NCBI GenBank assembly: GCA_001462235.1
Contig: LIUI01000155.1
Span: 1,766-65,765 of the forward strand
DNA from: Fibrobacteria bacterium GUT307
GTDB taxonomy: Bacteria > Fibrobacterota > Fibrobacteria > Fibrobacterales > Fibrobacteraceae
Length of the DNA stretch: 64,000 nt
Direction: 5' to 3'
The notes beneath the pieces were generated by a model. The model was given only the letters and a program-made list of their open reading frames with translations, was not told the DNA's origin and did no database searches. Position 1 is the stretch's first letter. Each line of letters opens with the position of its first letter. This document shows positions 18,452 through 27,236 of this stretch, one piece after another. A program made the translations under genes and the position numbers.

Positions 18452-18961
18452 TTAATATCTCAGCCTTTTTGCAAATAAATATCTAGAATAAAAAAAAGGC
18501 TCGTCTAAGGATGAGTATTTTACCCCTTGCGAACTGGTGGCATTTGCAAATTTATTTTCTCCCATGTATATTCCAACATGGCTTACAGAATCGTTCTCCG
18601 TTTCTCCAAAAAACACCAAATCGCCCGGCAAAAGAGCATACTTTGGAACTTCAATTCCCAATTTGCTCTGCCAAACAGAATACCTTGGCAAATCAATCCC
18701 ATATATTTCATATACTTTCTTGACAAAACCCGAACAATCTATGCCATTTTCGTCGTCACCACCCAAAAGATACGGAATGCCTAAAAATGTCTCGATATGC
18801 TCTTCAAGTTCTATAGGATACCTAAAATCACTCGCTATATTTTTCCATTCGTGCTTTCCTTGAAAATAATATTCTCTCTTATTTCCACTTCCCTTTGCCG
18901 CACAAGAAAGCAGTATACAGGAAAAGGATAAAAAAACACTAATAAAGAAAATTTTCACCAC
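18452..18961 (-). CDS. NlpC/P60 (C40) peptidase lipoprotein
   Basis: Lipobox (ILLSC), catalytic GIDCSGFV, and the downstream VSHVGIY and N.. motifs. Confidence 0.8.
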   Translation of the reverse strand: MVKIFFISVFLSFSCILLSCAAKGSGNKREYYFQGKHEWKNIASDFRYPIELEEHIETFLGIPYLLGGDDENGIDCSGFVKKVYEIYGIDLPRYSVWQSKLGIEVPKYALLPGDLVFFGETENDSVSHVGIYMGENKFANATSSQGVKYSSLDEPFFYSRYLFAKRLRY

Positions 18962-18967
18962 AATATT

Positions 18968-18973
18968 ATTATA
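18968..18973 (-). promoter_or_regulatory. -10 box 6 nt upstream of the nlpC/P60 GTG
   Basis: Minus strand: TATAAT-aatatt-GTG. Confidence 0.45.
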
Positions 18974-18981
18974 GCAAATTA

Positions 18982-19028
18982 AATTTACTATATTTACACC
19001 GATATGTGTTTAGATTTAACTGAGGAAG
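18982..19028 (+). promoter_or_regulatory. Promoter plus conserved leader of the first T6SS-linked transcription unit
   Basis: AATTTACTATATTTACA...TGTGTTTAGATTTAACTGAGGAAG. Homologous to 22053-22100. Confidence 0.55.
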
Positions 19029-19534
19029 CTCCACGGCAGGGAGTGGGAGTATTATTCGGAATATTATTTGCTGTTTGGGGATTTTTTTCGCCATATTTGT
19101 ACGCAAATGAGCTTTATGGGCAAGCTTCACTTAGAGCATTGCAGGGCGTTGAAGTTTTTGTGCATTTATCCGGTGACCCAGAAATTAAAAAAATGGAAAA
19201 TGAAATAAAAAGCAGGTTAAAAACAAGACTTGAATATGTTAAAGTGCCTATAATCCCCTACAACAAGCTAAACGATATAGGTGATAAAATATCAAATAGC
19301 GGGGCGCTTAAATTTTTTATGACCGGTTTTAAACAAAAAGATGGCGACTATGTTATTTATGCAACTTTGCAATTACACCAAAGGGCATATTTGGCTATAA
19401 GCCACGAATATATGGATTGCCAAACTTGGGATAGATGGAAAATGGGTGTTTTTAAAGATGTTCAATTCTATTTAGAAGTAGAAGACATGATAAGGGATTT
19501 CGCAAATGATTTTATTGCAGCAACTGGATTTTAA
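19004..19534 (+). CDS. Hypothetical secreted protein, first gene of the T6SS-linked unit
   Basis: ORF with signal-like segment (VLFGILFAVWGFFSPYLYA). The true start may be GTG at 19043, 15 nt after GAGGAAG. Confidence 0.45.
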   Translation: MCLDLTEEAPRQGVGVLFGILFAVWGFFSPYLYANELYGQASLRALQGVEVFVHLSGDPEIKKMENEIKSRLKTRLEYVKVPIIPYNKLNDIGDKISNSGALKFFMTGFKQKDGDYVIYATLQLHQRAYLAISHEYMDCQTWDRWKMGVFKDVQFYLEVEDMIRDFANDFIAATGF

Positions 19535-19982
19535 GTTAGCAACCAAGCTCCTGATATTCCTGATAGTCGGGATTCAGGCCGCTTTTGCTATTCAGATAGA
19601 GGCGCCTAAAGAAATTGAGGAGCATGTTTTGGCATACTCAAACGAAGCAGGAGCAGAAAATATGAATGCTACTTTAAGGGTTAGCATCATAAAAAAAATA
19701 AATTGCAAGGCTTTTGCTATGAAACTTATAGATAAAAGCAAAGGAAAAACCCTCAAAGAAACAGAGCGTTGCTTTACCGAATTTCCGAATTCCGCTTTGC
19801 AAAACGGAATTTTTGAACTTTTTGGGCACAAGGTAAATACAGAAACCGAATTGAGCGAATATACAAAAACGGTTTTATTCGGAATAGGCTTTGCGGCGAC
19901 GGGGGCTTTGCTCTATTATTCAAAGCAGCCAAAGCCGGTTTACGGGTACAGCAAAAATAAAATTTCAGAGGTTGCCGAATGA
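19506..19982 (+). CDS. Hypothetical membrane protein, T6SS-linked
   Basis: N-terminal signal/TM and C-terminal TM (VLFGIGFAATGALLYY). Overlaps tssK start (ATGA). Confidence 0.45.
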   Translation: MILLQQLDFKLATKLLIFLIVGIQAAFAIQIEAPKEIEEHVLAYSNEAGAENMNATLRVSIIKKINCKAFAMKLIDKSKGKTLKETERCFTEFPNSALQNGIFELFGHKVNTETELSEYTKTVLFGIGFAATGALLYYSKQPKPVYGYSKNKISEVAE

Positions 19983-21211
19983 CCATGTTAGTTGCTTGGA
20001 AAGAGGGGATGGCTTTGTCGCAGCAACACCTGCAACAATCGGATAAATTTATCCTTGGGCATATAAAAAATGTTTCTGGTTTGCCAAAAGGAATGCATTT
20101 TGGTTTTAGCAAGTTGATATTTGAAGAAGACTTGATAAAAGACGGACAATTTGCGCTTAAAGAATGTGAAGCTGTTTTTCCAAGCGGAATTTCTTTTATT
20201 GATTACGAAAGTAAATCAGTAAAAATAGAAGCTAGAAATTTTACCCAAATTTTTGACAAGAGCTTGAATAGCCTTAATGTGTATTTGGCTTTGGATTTGA
20301 ATAAGCCAATTGAATTTTCCGAAGAGCACACTTCTCGTTTCAAGGTTGTGTGGGAAAATTGCTGGGATTTGTATTCTACAGAAAATTCAGTGCTTATACC
20401 AGTTTCCATTCCGGTTCCTTCTGTTGTTTTTGACGGGGAGTCTTTAGACGGAAAGGAATTTTTGCCGATTGCAAGGCTTTTGAGAAATTTGCAAGGCTCT
20501 TTTGAGCTAGATAAAAATTTTTATCCGCCTTTAATATCCTTGAACGGTTACGAATATTTTTCGCAAAAATTAAAATATTTTGATGCGCTTTTGCAAGGCA
20601 GAATAGCAAACATTTCTTATTCAAAAGAATTATTGCTTAAAGATTTAAAAACCTTAAGAGTGGCTTTGGGTTGTATGCAAGGCACGGATGGAGTATTGCC
20701 TTTCTTGCTTTTTTGTGAAATAGCGAAATGTTTGCAAGAGCCGTTTAATTATAATCATGCAGAATTTGACAAATGTTTCGGTAAAATCTTCACTGCATTA
20801 AACGATTTTTTATTATCCGAGAAAAAAGTTGCATTTTTGCAAAAACGCTTGCAAAAAGAAGGGCCAAGTTCATTTTTTGCAAATCTGGCAGATTTGGATA
20901 TTTCAAATGCCACTTCTGTTTGGCTTGCGGTGGAATCTAAATTATCACCGGAAGAAGCTATTAAATTTATTCCTATGCAACTTAAAATTGCTCCTAAGTC
21001 AAAATTATCCGGCATAGTTGTTAGTGCAACGCATGGCATAAACTGCATTCACAGCATTGTTCCAAAAACCATTCAAGAGATGCCCGGAACATTTTATTTT
21101 AAGCTGCAAACGGATTCTTCTCTTTGGAAAAGTTTATGCGAAGAAAGAGAACTCGGCATTTACGCACCAATAACATTGCGGGTGGATTCCATAGATATCA
21201 TAAAGGTGTAG
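19979..21211 (+). CDS. tssK: Type VI secretion baseplate protein TssK
   Basis: N-terminal WKEGMALSQQHLQQSD matches the TssK signature W.EG..L.PQHFQQ.D. Length 410 aa. Confidence 0.8.
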   Translation: MTMLVAWKEGMALSQQHLQQSDKFILGHIKNVSGLPKGMHFGFSKLIFEEDLIKDGQFALKECEAVFPSGISFIDYESKSVKIEARNFTQIFDKSLNSLNVYLALDLNKPIEFSEEHTSRFKVVWENCWDLYSTENSVLIPVSIPVPSVVFDGESLDGKEFLPIARLLRNLQGSFELDKNFYPPLISLNGYEYFSQKLKYFDALLQGRIANISYSKELLLKDLKTLRVALGCMQGTDGVLPFLLFCEIAKCLQEPFNYNHAEFDKCFGKIFTALNDFLLSEKKVAFLQKRLQKEGPSSFFANLADLDISNATSVWLAVESKLSPEEAIKFIPMQLKIAPKSKLSGIVVSATHGINCIHSIVPKTIQEMPGTFYFKLQTDSSLWKSLCEERELGIYAPITLRVDSIDIIKV

Positions 21212-21213
21212 GG

Positions 21214-21951
21214 TTAATCCTTTATGCAACGGACGGAAAGTAAATTAGTTTTTTTACCATTGTTATCATTTCTTATAGCATCGTAATCATGTAATATTCG
21301 CTTGTAATGAGCCTCACCACTTGACTCCGTAGCACTCCACCAATAACCTATGTCACCTATATCATCTAAAAAGTTACCTCCAGGCAATGCCGAAAAACCG
21401 TAATCGTTTGTACCCGTGTTAGTAGTCCAAAGATCATCATTTGCTTTTAATGCTTTTCCTGCTATTTCTGTACCGCCAACGGTTGTTATTAATGCTTCCC
21501 AGTCGGTATCATCTGGCAACTTCCAACCAATGGTAGAACAAGCAGCAGTTGCGTCTATCCAATTATACAATCTTCCGTAAATATCGCAGTTACTTTCTAT
21601 GTCACCATAACATTTACTACTTGCAGTCGCTATATTCAAGTTCTTTGCCATCCAAATTTGGTTACCTATTGTCACCCCAACAATACCATCATCACATGCC
21701 ATATATTTGGGGTCATAAGCTACTGTTCCGCATAATGCTTTAGGCCATCTGGCTTTTTCAATGTTTCCGCATTTAATTACAAATTCGGTACCATCTTCAT
21801 AAGCATCGCAACTTTGCCCATCTTTTCCATTTGTGCCTGGAGAGCCAGCTGCTTTTACACCTGTATCTACATTGTCAATAAGCCAATTGCCGTTACTGCC
21901 AATGGTTACAACGCTGCCAGATACACCCGGCAGACCTGGCTCACCAGGCAA
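21214..21951 (-). pseudogene. 5'-truncated gene fragment: collagen-like Gly-X-Y stretch plus FISUMP domain
   Basis: Frame opens right after a TAA with no ATG/GTG and no signal peptide. It begins mid collagen repeat (QPGLPGEPGLPGVSGS). The C-terminus carries YGRLYNW, GW.LP, GFSALPGG, YWWS and SVRCIKD FISUMP motifs. Confidence 0.6.
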
Positions 21952-22052
21952 GCCTGGCTGACTAGCGGAACCACTCGCTAATATAGAAAATTATTTTGCC
22001 GTGAGCCACCAGCACAAGGTTGAAAGGTGAATAGAAAAATTCTTCGATTTTT

Positions 22053-22100
22053 AATTTACTATATTACAATCTTGTGTGTGATTAGACTTAACTGTGGAGG
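22053..22100 (+). promoter_or_regulatory. Promoter plus conserved leader of the tssL-tssB-tssC unit
   Basis: AATTTACTATATTACA...TGTGTGATTAGACTTAACTGTGGAGG. The start codon lies 14 nt after GGAGG. Confidence 0.55.
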
Positions 22101-22114
22101 TATGAGGCAGTTTT

Positions 22115-23947
22115 ATGAGAAAATCTTTTATTGAGCTTTCTGAAAACATTTTTTGTTCCGTGCTTTTACTGCCGTGCGATAAAGAAATTTCGGCAGAAGA
22201 AACCAAAGGCGATTTTATAGAAAAAATAAAGGAATTTTGCAATGATTCCACAAATAACGGTTACACTGCAGGTGAAATAGAAAACGCTAAATATGCTTTG
22301 TGTGCATGGATAGACGAATATATTTACACAAATTCCGCTATATCTTCACAATGGTTTTCGCATTCCCTTGCTTTGAGCGAATTTGAAGATGCCGAAGCCG
22401 GAATACATTTTTTTGAAAGAATTGAAAATTTTCATAAAAATAAAAACTCAACTCCTTTGCTTGAATTGTATGTAAAATGCATTCTGTTTGGCTTTATGGG
22501 CAAGTTCAGAATAGGAAGCACGGCAGAGTTAAAACAAATTTTAAATTCTGCAATTTCTAAAACAAGTATGTTTTTAGATAAAATAAATTATAAACCCATA
22601 ACAAAAAACAAACACCTATTTTCATTTAGGCGAGGCATAAAAAATATCCTAATAACAGGATTTTACGAAGATAAATGTAAAAGTTCAGCAAAAACACAGG
22701 AACCACCAAAAGGGTACAAATATATATATTCCGATATGAAAAATATAGAAGAATTACCCTTTATTGACGGTATTATTTCAATAAATCCTTTATTTGAAGA
22801 AAAAGACCAAACCGAATCTTTAGAAAAGCTTTTCTCAAAGCAAAAATGCAAAATACCGCTTTATGCCGTGGCAGATTTGGAAATTCAGGAATTTGACCAG
22901 ACGTTGGATAAAAATTACGAATTTAACAGCAATCATTTGAATTACTATTTGCACAAATATTTCTTGGACGAAATTGCCTGCAAAAAGATTCTCTCCTTGC
23001 CTAGAAAATTGAAACAATTTAAAGAGACAGAAGCTTTTTATTCGTTGCCATTTTTTCCATTCATGAAAAATGAAAAACCACTTGCGTACAGCTTAGCTAA
23101 GAGAGTATTTTTTATTTTGCTTTTGGTTGCGCTTGTATTGGCTATTTTATTTTTTGTATTCTCTATTATTAATCAGCATAAAGAAGAAATCAAATCTGAG
23201 GCAATGCTTATATTGCAAAAAAGCAAACTTGATAGCATAAAAGCAGCAGAAGATAGCATGAGAGCAGCCGAAGACAGTGTTAAAGCCATGCGAGATAGCA
23301 TTAAAGCCGCGGAAGATAGCCTGAATCTTGAATTTGAAAAAAATCTTAAAAACTTAGAACTTAAATATCAAAAGCAAATTTTAGAGAAATTCCCTTTTAA
23401 GGAGGGTAAAATCCCGTCTGTAGGCGAAGTTAGCGATTATTTTGGCAAGGAGAGCGATTTTTACAAATTCCTTGACATGATAGACACAATTTCCGATGAT
23501 AGGATAAAATTCAACAAAAAAACTTTAGCTACGCTTTCGCTTCTAAAAAATAACACTTGGAGCGGCATTCCTATTAGTATAACTATTCAGGCTCCAAAAA
23601 TGGCATCCGTGACATTTGGGTTAGATAGTCAATATGTGGAAATTGAGCGTGGAAAAAGCAAAACAATAGAAATAGTTTTCCCGCAGAAAAGCAAAGGTGG
23701 CATTGAGATTGTAGCAAAAACAGCGAACAATATTTTTAGTGAAAATATCCGTGGCGAATGGAGTTTGCTTAAAATCCAAGATAGGCATGTATTTTCCTTC
23801 ATAGATAAAAGCTATTCGATTGATGTAGAATTAAACATTCGTTGGTATTTGCCAAAGGATGCTATAAAACCAAATGACTGGTTTAAACTCCGCATGGAGC
23901 CAAATTTAATAGAGAATTCCCGTTTAACCAATAACCTAGGAGAGTAG
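22115..23947 (+). CDS. tssL: TssL/DotU-like T6SS membrane protein with long extension (possible TssM-like periplasmic region)
   Basis: DotU motifs (YALCAWIDEYI, GIHFFERIE, LELYVKCILFGFMGKFR). Single TM at about residue 335 (FFILLLVALVLAILFFVF). AAEDS[MV][KR]A repeats. C-terminal FPF...EVSDYFG...F.KFL segment. Confidence 0.7.
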   Translation: MRKSFIELSENIFCSVLLLPCDKEISAEETKGDFIEKIKEFCNDSTNNGYTAGEIENAKYALCAWIDEYIYTNSAISSQWFSHSLALSEFEDAEAGIHFFERIENFHKNKNSTPLLELYVKCILFGFMGKFRIGSTAELKQILNSAISKTSMFLDKINYKPITKNKHLFSFRRGIKNILITGFYEDKCKSSAKTQEPPKGYKYIYSDMKNIEELPFIDGIISINPLFEEKDQTESLEKLFSKQKCKIPLYAVADLEIQEFDQTLDKNYEFNSNHLNYYLHKYFLDEIACKKILSLPRKLKQFKETEAFYSLPFFPFMKNEKPLAYSLAKRVFFILLLVALVLAILFFVFSIINQHKEEIKSEAMLILQKSKLDSIKAAEDSMRAAEDSVKAMRDSIKAAEDSLNLEFEKNLKNLELKYQKQILEKFPFKEGKIPSVGEVSDYFGKESDFYKFLDMIDTISDDRIKFNKKTLATLSLLKNNTWSGIPISITIQAPKMASVTFGLDSQYVEIERGKSKTIEIVFPQKSKGGIEIVAKTANNIFSENIRGEWSLLKIQDRHVFSFIDKSYSIDVELNIRWYLPKDAIKPNDWFKLRMEPNLIENSRLTNNLGE

Positions 23948-23948
23948 A

Positions 23949-24446
23949 ATGGCGAACAGTTATCAAAACGAGATCCCGCCCGCACGAATAAATATCCAAT
24001 TAAACGTGGATACGGGCGGAGCACAGAAAAAAATGGAACTTCCACTGAAGTTGCTGGTACTTGGCGATTTTAAAATGGATGGCGATGAGTCCAGACTTAT
24101 GGAACGGGAAAAGATAAACATAAATAAGGATAATTTTGATGGGGTTATGCAGTCTATGAATATAGAATTGAAAACTTCCGTTGAAAATCGCCTCAAAAAA
24201 GACGATTCAGAAATGCCCATAGAATTAAAATTCGACAGCATGAAATCCTTTGAGCCTATGGAGATAGTGAAACAAGTTCCCGATTTGAATCGCTTAATGG
24301 CTGTTCGCAATTTGATAAAAGATTTGGGTTCAAATTTACTGGACAATAGAGAATTCAGAAAAAAAATGGAAGCTATTTTGAAAGACAAAAATTCCATGAA
24401 TTCTGTTTTAACCGAACTCAAAGCAATACCGAGTGATAAGGAGTAG
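23949..24446 (+). CDS. tssB: T6SS contractile sheath small subunit TssB
   Basis: EIPPARINIQLNV...KKMELPLKLLVLGDF matches the TssB/VipA N-terminal signature. Confidence 0.9.
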   Translation: MANSYQNEIPPARINIQLNVDTGGAQKKMELPLKLLVLGDFKMDGDESRLMEREKININKDNFDGVMQSMNIELKTSVENRLKKDDSEMPIELKFDSMKSFEPMEIVKQVPDLNRLMAVRNLIKDLGSNLLDNREFRKKMEAILKDKNSMNSVLTELKAIPSDKE

Positions 24447-24454
24447 GAGGATAT

Positions 24455-25936
24455 ATGGAAGACACTCAGCTTTCTTCAATTTATAAGAGTGTAAATTTGG
24501 ATTTGCCGTCTAAGTTTATAGACCTTTCAGAGTTTAGCGACGAAACATCGCTTTCCAAGTATAGCCCTAGCGAGCGAATAAGTTCGGGTCTTAAGGCGTT
24601 TGTGCAGAGTGTTTTAGACAGTTCTGCAAGCGTAGAAAAAATAGACCGTGCCTTTATAGATTCGCTTGTGGCGTGGATAGATAAAATAGTGAGCGAACAA
24701 CTGGATGCAATTATGCACAGCACAGAATTTCAGAAATTGGAATCTTCTTGGCGTGCTTTGCATTTTTTGGTTCAACGCACCAATTTTAGAAAAAATGTAA
24801 AGATAGAATTGATAAATGCAGACAAAGAATCTATAAAATATGATTTTGAAGATTCGCCAGAAATCATTCAAAGCGGCCTTTACCGTCATATTTACAGCGA
24901 TGAGTACGATACTCCGGGTGGCGAGCCTTATGCTGCGATGATAGCAAATTATGAATTTGATAACTCCGCAGACGATATTGACCTTTTGCAAAACATATCT
25001 TGTGTTTCTGCCGCTTCGCATTGCTTGTTTGTTTCTTCCGTAGGGTCTAAATTTTTTGGAAAATCGGATATTGGCGATTTGCCAAAAATAGATGATTTAG
25101 AAAACTTTATGGAAAAAGCAGAATACACAAAATGGCGTGGATTCCGCAAAACAGACGATTCTCGCTATATAGGCCTAACTTTGCCTAGATTTTTGTTGAG
25201 GAATCCTTATGGCGAGGGCAAGAGTGCCAGGGGTTTTAAATATACGGAGTCTGTTCTGGGCGGAGAGCACGAAAAATATTTGTGGGGAAACTCGGCATTT
25301 GCTTTTGCCGCAAATATGGTTCGTTCTTTCCAAGATAATGGTTGGTGCGTTCAAATCAGAGGCCCGGAGAGTGGTGGCAAAGTTGAAGATTTGCCAATAC
25401 ATCTCTTTAACTCTGGCAAAGGAGCGCAAACAAAAATCCCAACGGAAATTTTGATTCCTGAAACCCGTGAATTTGAATTTGCAAAGCAGGGCTTTATTCC
25501 GCTGAGTTTTTACAAAAACCGCAATTATGCTTGTTTTTTCTCGGCGAATTCCACTCAAAGGCCAGAAGAATACGATGATGCACAGGCTACCGCAAACTCA
25601 AGGGTGAATTCTCGTTTGCCTTATATATTCCTTACCGCAAGGCTTGCGCATTACCTAAAAGTTTTGCAGAGAGAGAATATTGGAGCAAGCAAGAGCGCGG
25701 GCATTTTGGAAGCGGAACTTAACAACTGGATAAAAGGGCTTGTGACGGAAATGGAAAATCCAGGTCCAGAGCTTGCAGCAACTCATCCTTTGAGTTATGG
25801 GCAAGTGACGGTTGCCGAGAATCCAGATAATCCCGGATTTTTCAAGGTTGCTCTTTCCGTTGTTCCACATTTCCAGGTAGAAGGCGTGAATGTGAATTTG
25901 TCATTGGTGTCTAAGATGCCAGCGGCAAAGCAGTAG
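24455..25936 (+). CDS. tssC: T6SS contractile sheath large subunit TssC
   Basis: F.KLESSWRALHFLV, LYRHIYSDEYDTPGGEPYAAMIANYEF and SAASHCLFVSS match conserved TssC/VipB blocks. Confidence 0.9.
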   Translation: MEDTQLSSIYKSVNLDLPSKFIDLSEFSDETSLSKYSPSERISSGLKAFVQSVLDSSASVEKIDRAFIDSLVAWIDKIVSEQLDAIMHSTEFQKLESSWRALHFLVQRTNFRKNVKIELINADKESIKYDFEDSPEIIQSGLYRHIYSDEYDTPGGEPYAAMIANYEFDNSADDIDLLQNISCVSAASHCLFVSSVGSKFFGKSDIGDLPKIDDLENFMEKAEYTKWRGFRKTDDSRYIGLTLPRFLLRNPYGEGKSARGFKYTESVLGGEHEKYLWGNSAFAFAANMVRSFQDNGWCVQIRGPESGGKVEDLPIHLFNSGKGAQTKIPTEILIPETREFEFAKQGFIPLSFYKNRNYACFFSANSTQRPEEYDDAQATANSRVNSRLPYIFLTARLAHYLKVLQRENIGASKSAGILEAELNNWIKGLVTEMENPGPELAATHPLSYGQVTVAENPDNPGFFKVALSVVPHFQVEGVNVNLSLVSKMPAAKQ

Positions 25937-25937
25937 T

Positions 25938-27236
25938 TTACACTATAGCCGCAATTTCCTTCATTGCGGCTTCCGTGTCTTCGTATTTTGAACTCTCGCC
26001 TATGCCTTGAATCAAAAATTTATCCAATGCGGCGTGCCTTTTAATAGAAACATCTATTTCTGGGTCTGAACCTTTTGCGTATGCACCTATGTTTATCAAA
26101 TCCTCGTTTTTGCGATAAGTTGCAAGGCTTCGCAAAAGGGTTGCAGATAGTTCTTTTAGTTGCGGGTTTGCTATATCTGTGCGGCAACGGCTTATGCTTG
26201 CCAAAACATCTACGGCAGGGTAGTGGTTTTTGTTTGCAAGCGCACGAGAAAGCACTATATGCCCGTCTAAAATGGAACGGACAGCGTCTGCTATAGGGTC
26301 TTCCAAATCATCGCCGTCCACCAGAACAGTGTAAAGCCCTGTAATGCTTCCTTTGTCGCTATTGCCAGACCGCTCAAATAACTTTGGCAAAAAGGCAAAA
26401 ACAGATGGGGTGTAACCCTTTGTTGCGGGTGGCTCGCCAACTGCCAAACCTATTTCTCTTTGCGCCATTGCAAGGCGTGTGCTTGAATCCATCAAAAAAA
26501 ATACATCATCGCCGGAGTCCCTGAAAAACTCCGCTATGCTCATAGCTAAAAAACTCGCCTTTAAGCGGACAAGGGCGGGTTGGTCGCTGGTTGCAACTAT
26601 TACCACGGAACGCTTTAATCCTTCCGGGCCTAAATCTTTTTCTATGAATTCCCTCACTTCCCTGCCACGTTCTCCGATTAAAGCAATTACATTTACTTTT
26701 GCAAGGCAGTTCCTCGCTATCATGCCCATGGTAACGCTTTTGCCAACTCCGGAACCGGCAAAAATCCCCATTCTTTGCCCGCGCCCAATGGTTAAAAAAC
26801 CATCTATGGCCCTAATCCCTGTGTACATGGGTTCTTTTATGCGTGCTCTTTGCATGGCGGTTGGGGGGCTTGAATAAATGGAGCGGCGAGCTTCGTATTT
26901 AATTTCCCCTAGGTTGTCCATTGGGTTTCCCATGCCGTCTAAAACCCTGCCCAAAAGTTGGTAACCAACGGGTGCGGTTAGCGTTTCCCCTTTTGCCACA
27001 ACAGACATTCCGGGCCTTATGCCTTCTAACACGCCAAGCGGCATGATAAGGGTTCTGGTTTCTCTAAAACCTACTACTTCTGCATGGCATACGGTTTTTC
27101 CATTTTGCTCAATAACGCAAAGTTCGCCAATGCCGGCGTTTGGCCCCTCGCATTCAATAACCAAGCCTATTATTTTCACAATGCGCCCACGCACATCTGC
27201 AAGGCGAATGCGGGAGATTTTTTCCAGCTTATTCAT
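25938..27236 (-). CDS. fliI: FliI/YscN family type III secretion ATPase
   Basis: Walker A GSGVGKS, ALIGERGREV, Walker B FFLMDSSTR and TVLVDGDD motifs. Confidence 0.9.
   Translation of the reverse strand: MNKLEKISRIRLADVRGRIVKIIGLVIECEGPNAGIGELCVIEQNGKTVCHAEVVGFRETRTLIMPLGVLEGIRPGMSVVAKGETLTAPVGYQLLGRVLDGMGNPMDNLGEIKYEARRSIYSSPPTAMQRARIKEPMYTGIRAIDGFLTIGRGQRMGIFAGSGVGKSVTMGMIARNCLAKVNVIALIGERGREVREFIEKDLGPEGLKRSVVIVATSDQPALVRLKASFLAMSIAEFFRDSGDDVFFLMDSSTRLAMAQREIGLAVGEPPATKGYTPSVFAFLPKLFERSGNSDKGSITGLYTVLVDGDDLEDPIADAVRSILDGHIVLSRALANKNHYPAVDVLASISRCRTDIANPQLKELSATLLRSLATYRKNEDLINIGAYAKGSDPEIDVSIKRHAALDKFLIQGIGESSKYEDTEAAMKEIAAIV

Noticed and set aside
21214-21420. C-terminus of the truncated FISUMP gene, and of the 62820 gene (about 63690-63890), as additional VRs of the DGR
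   Set aside because: They are similar to the target only at protein-motif level. The nucleotide sequences do not align with the TR and lack the conserved 28-nt 3' block.
18995-22095. TTAGAC/TTAGAT in the T6SS leaders as reverse-strand ECF -10 elements (GTCTAA)
   Set aside because: No GAAC lies at the required 16-18 nt spacing on that strand. The resemblance to CGTCTAA is limited to 5-6 nt.
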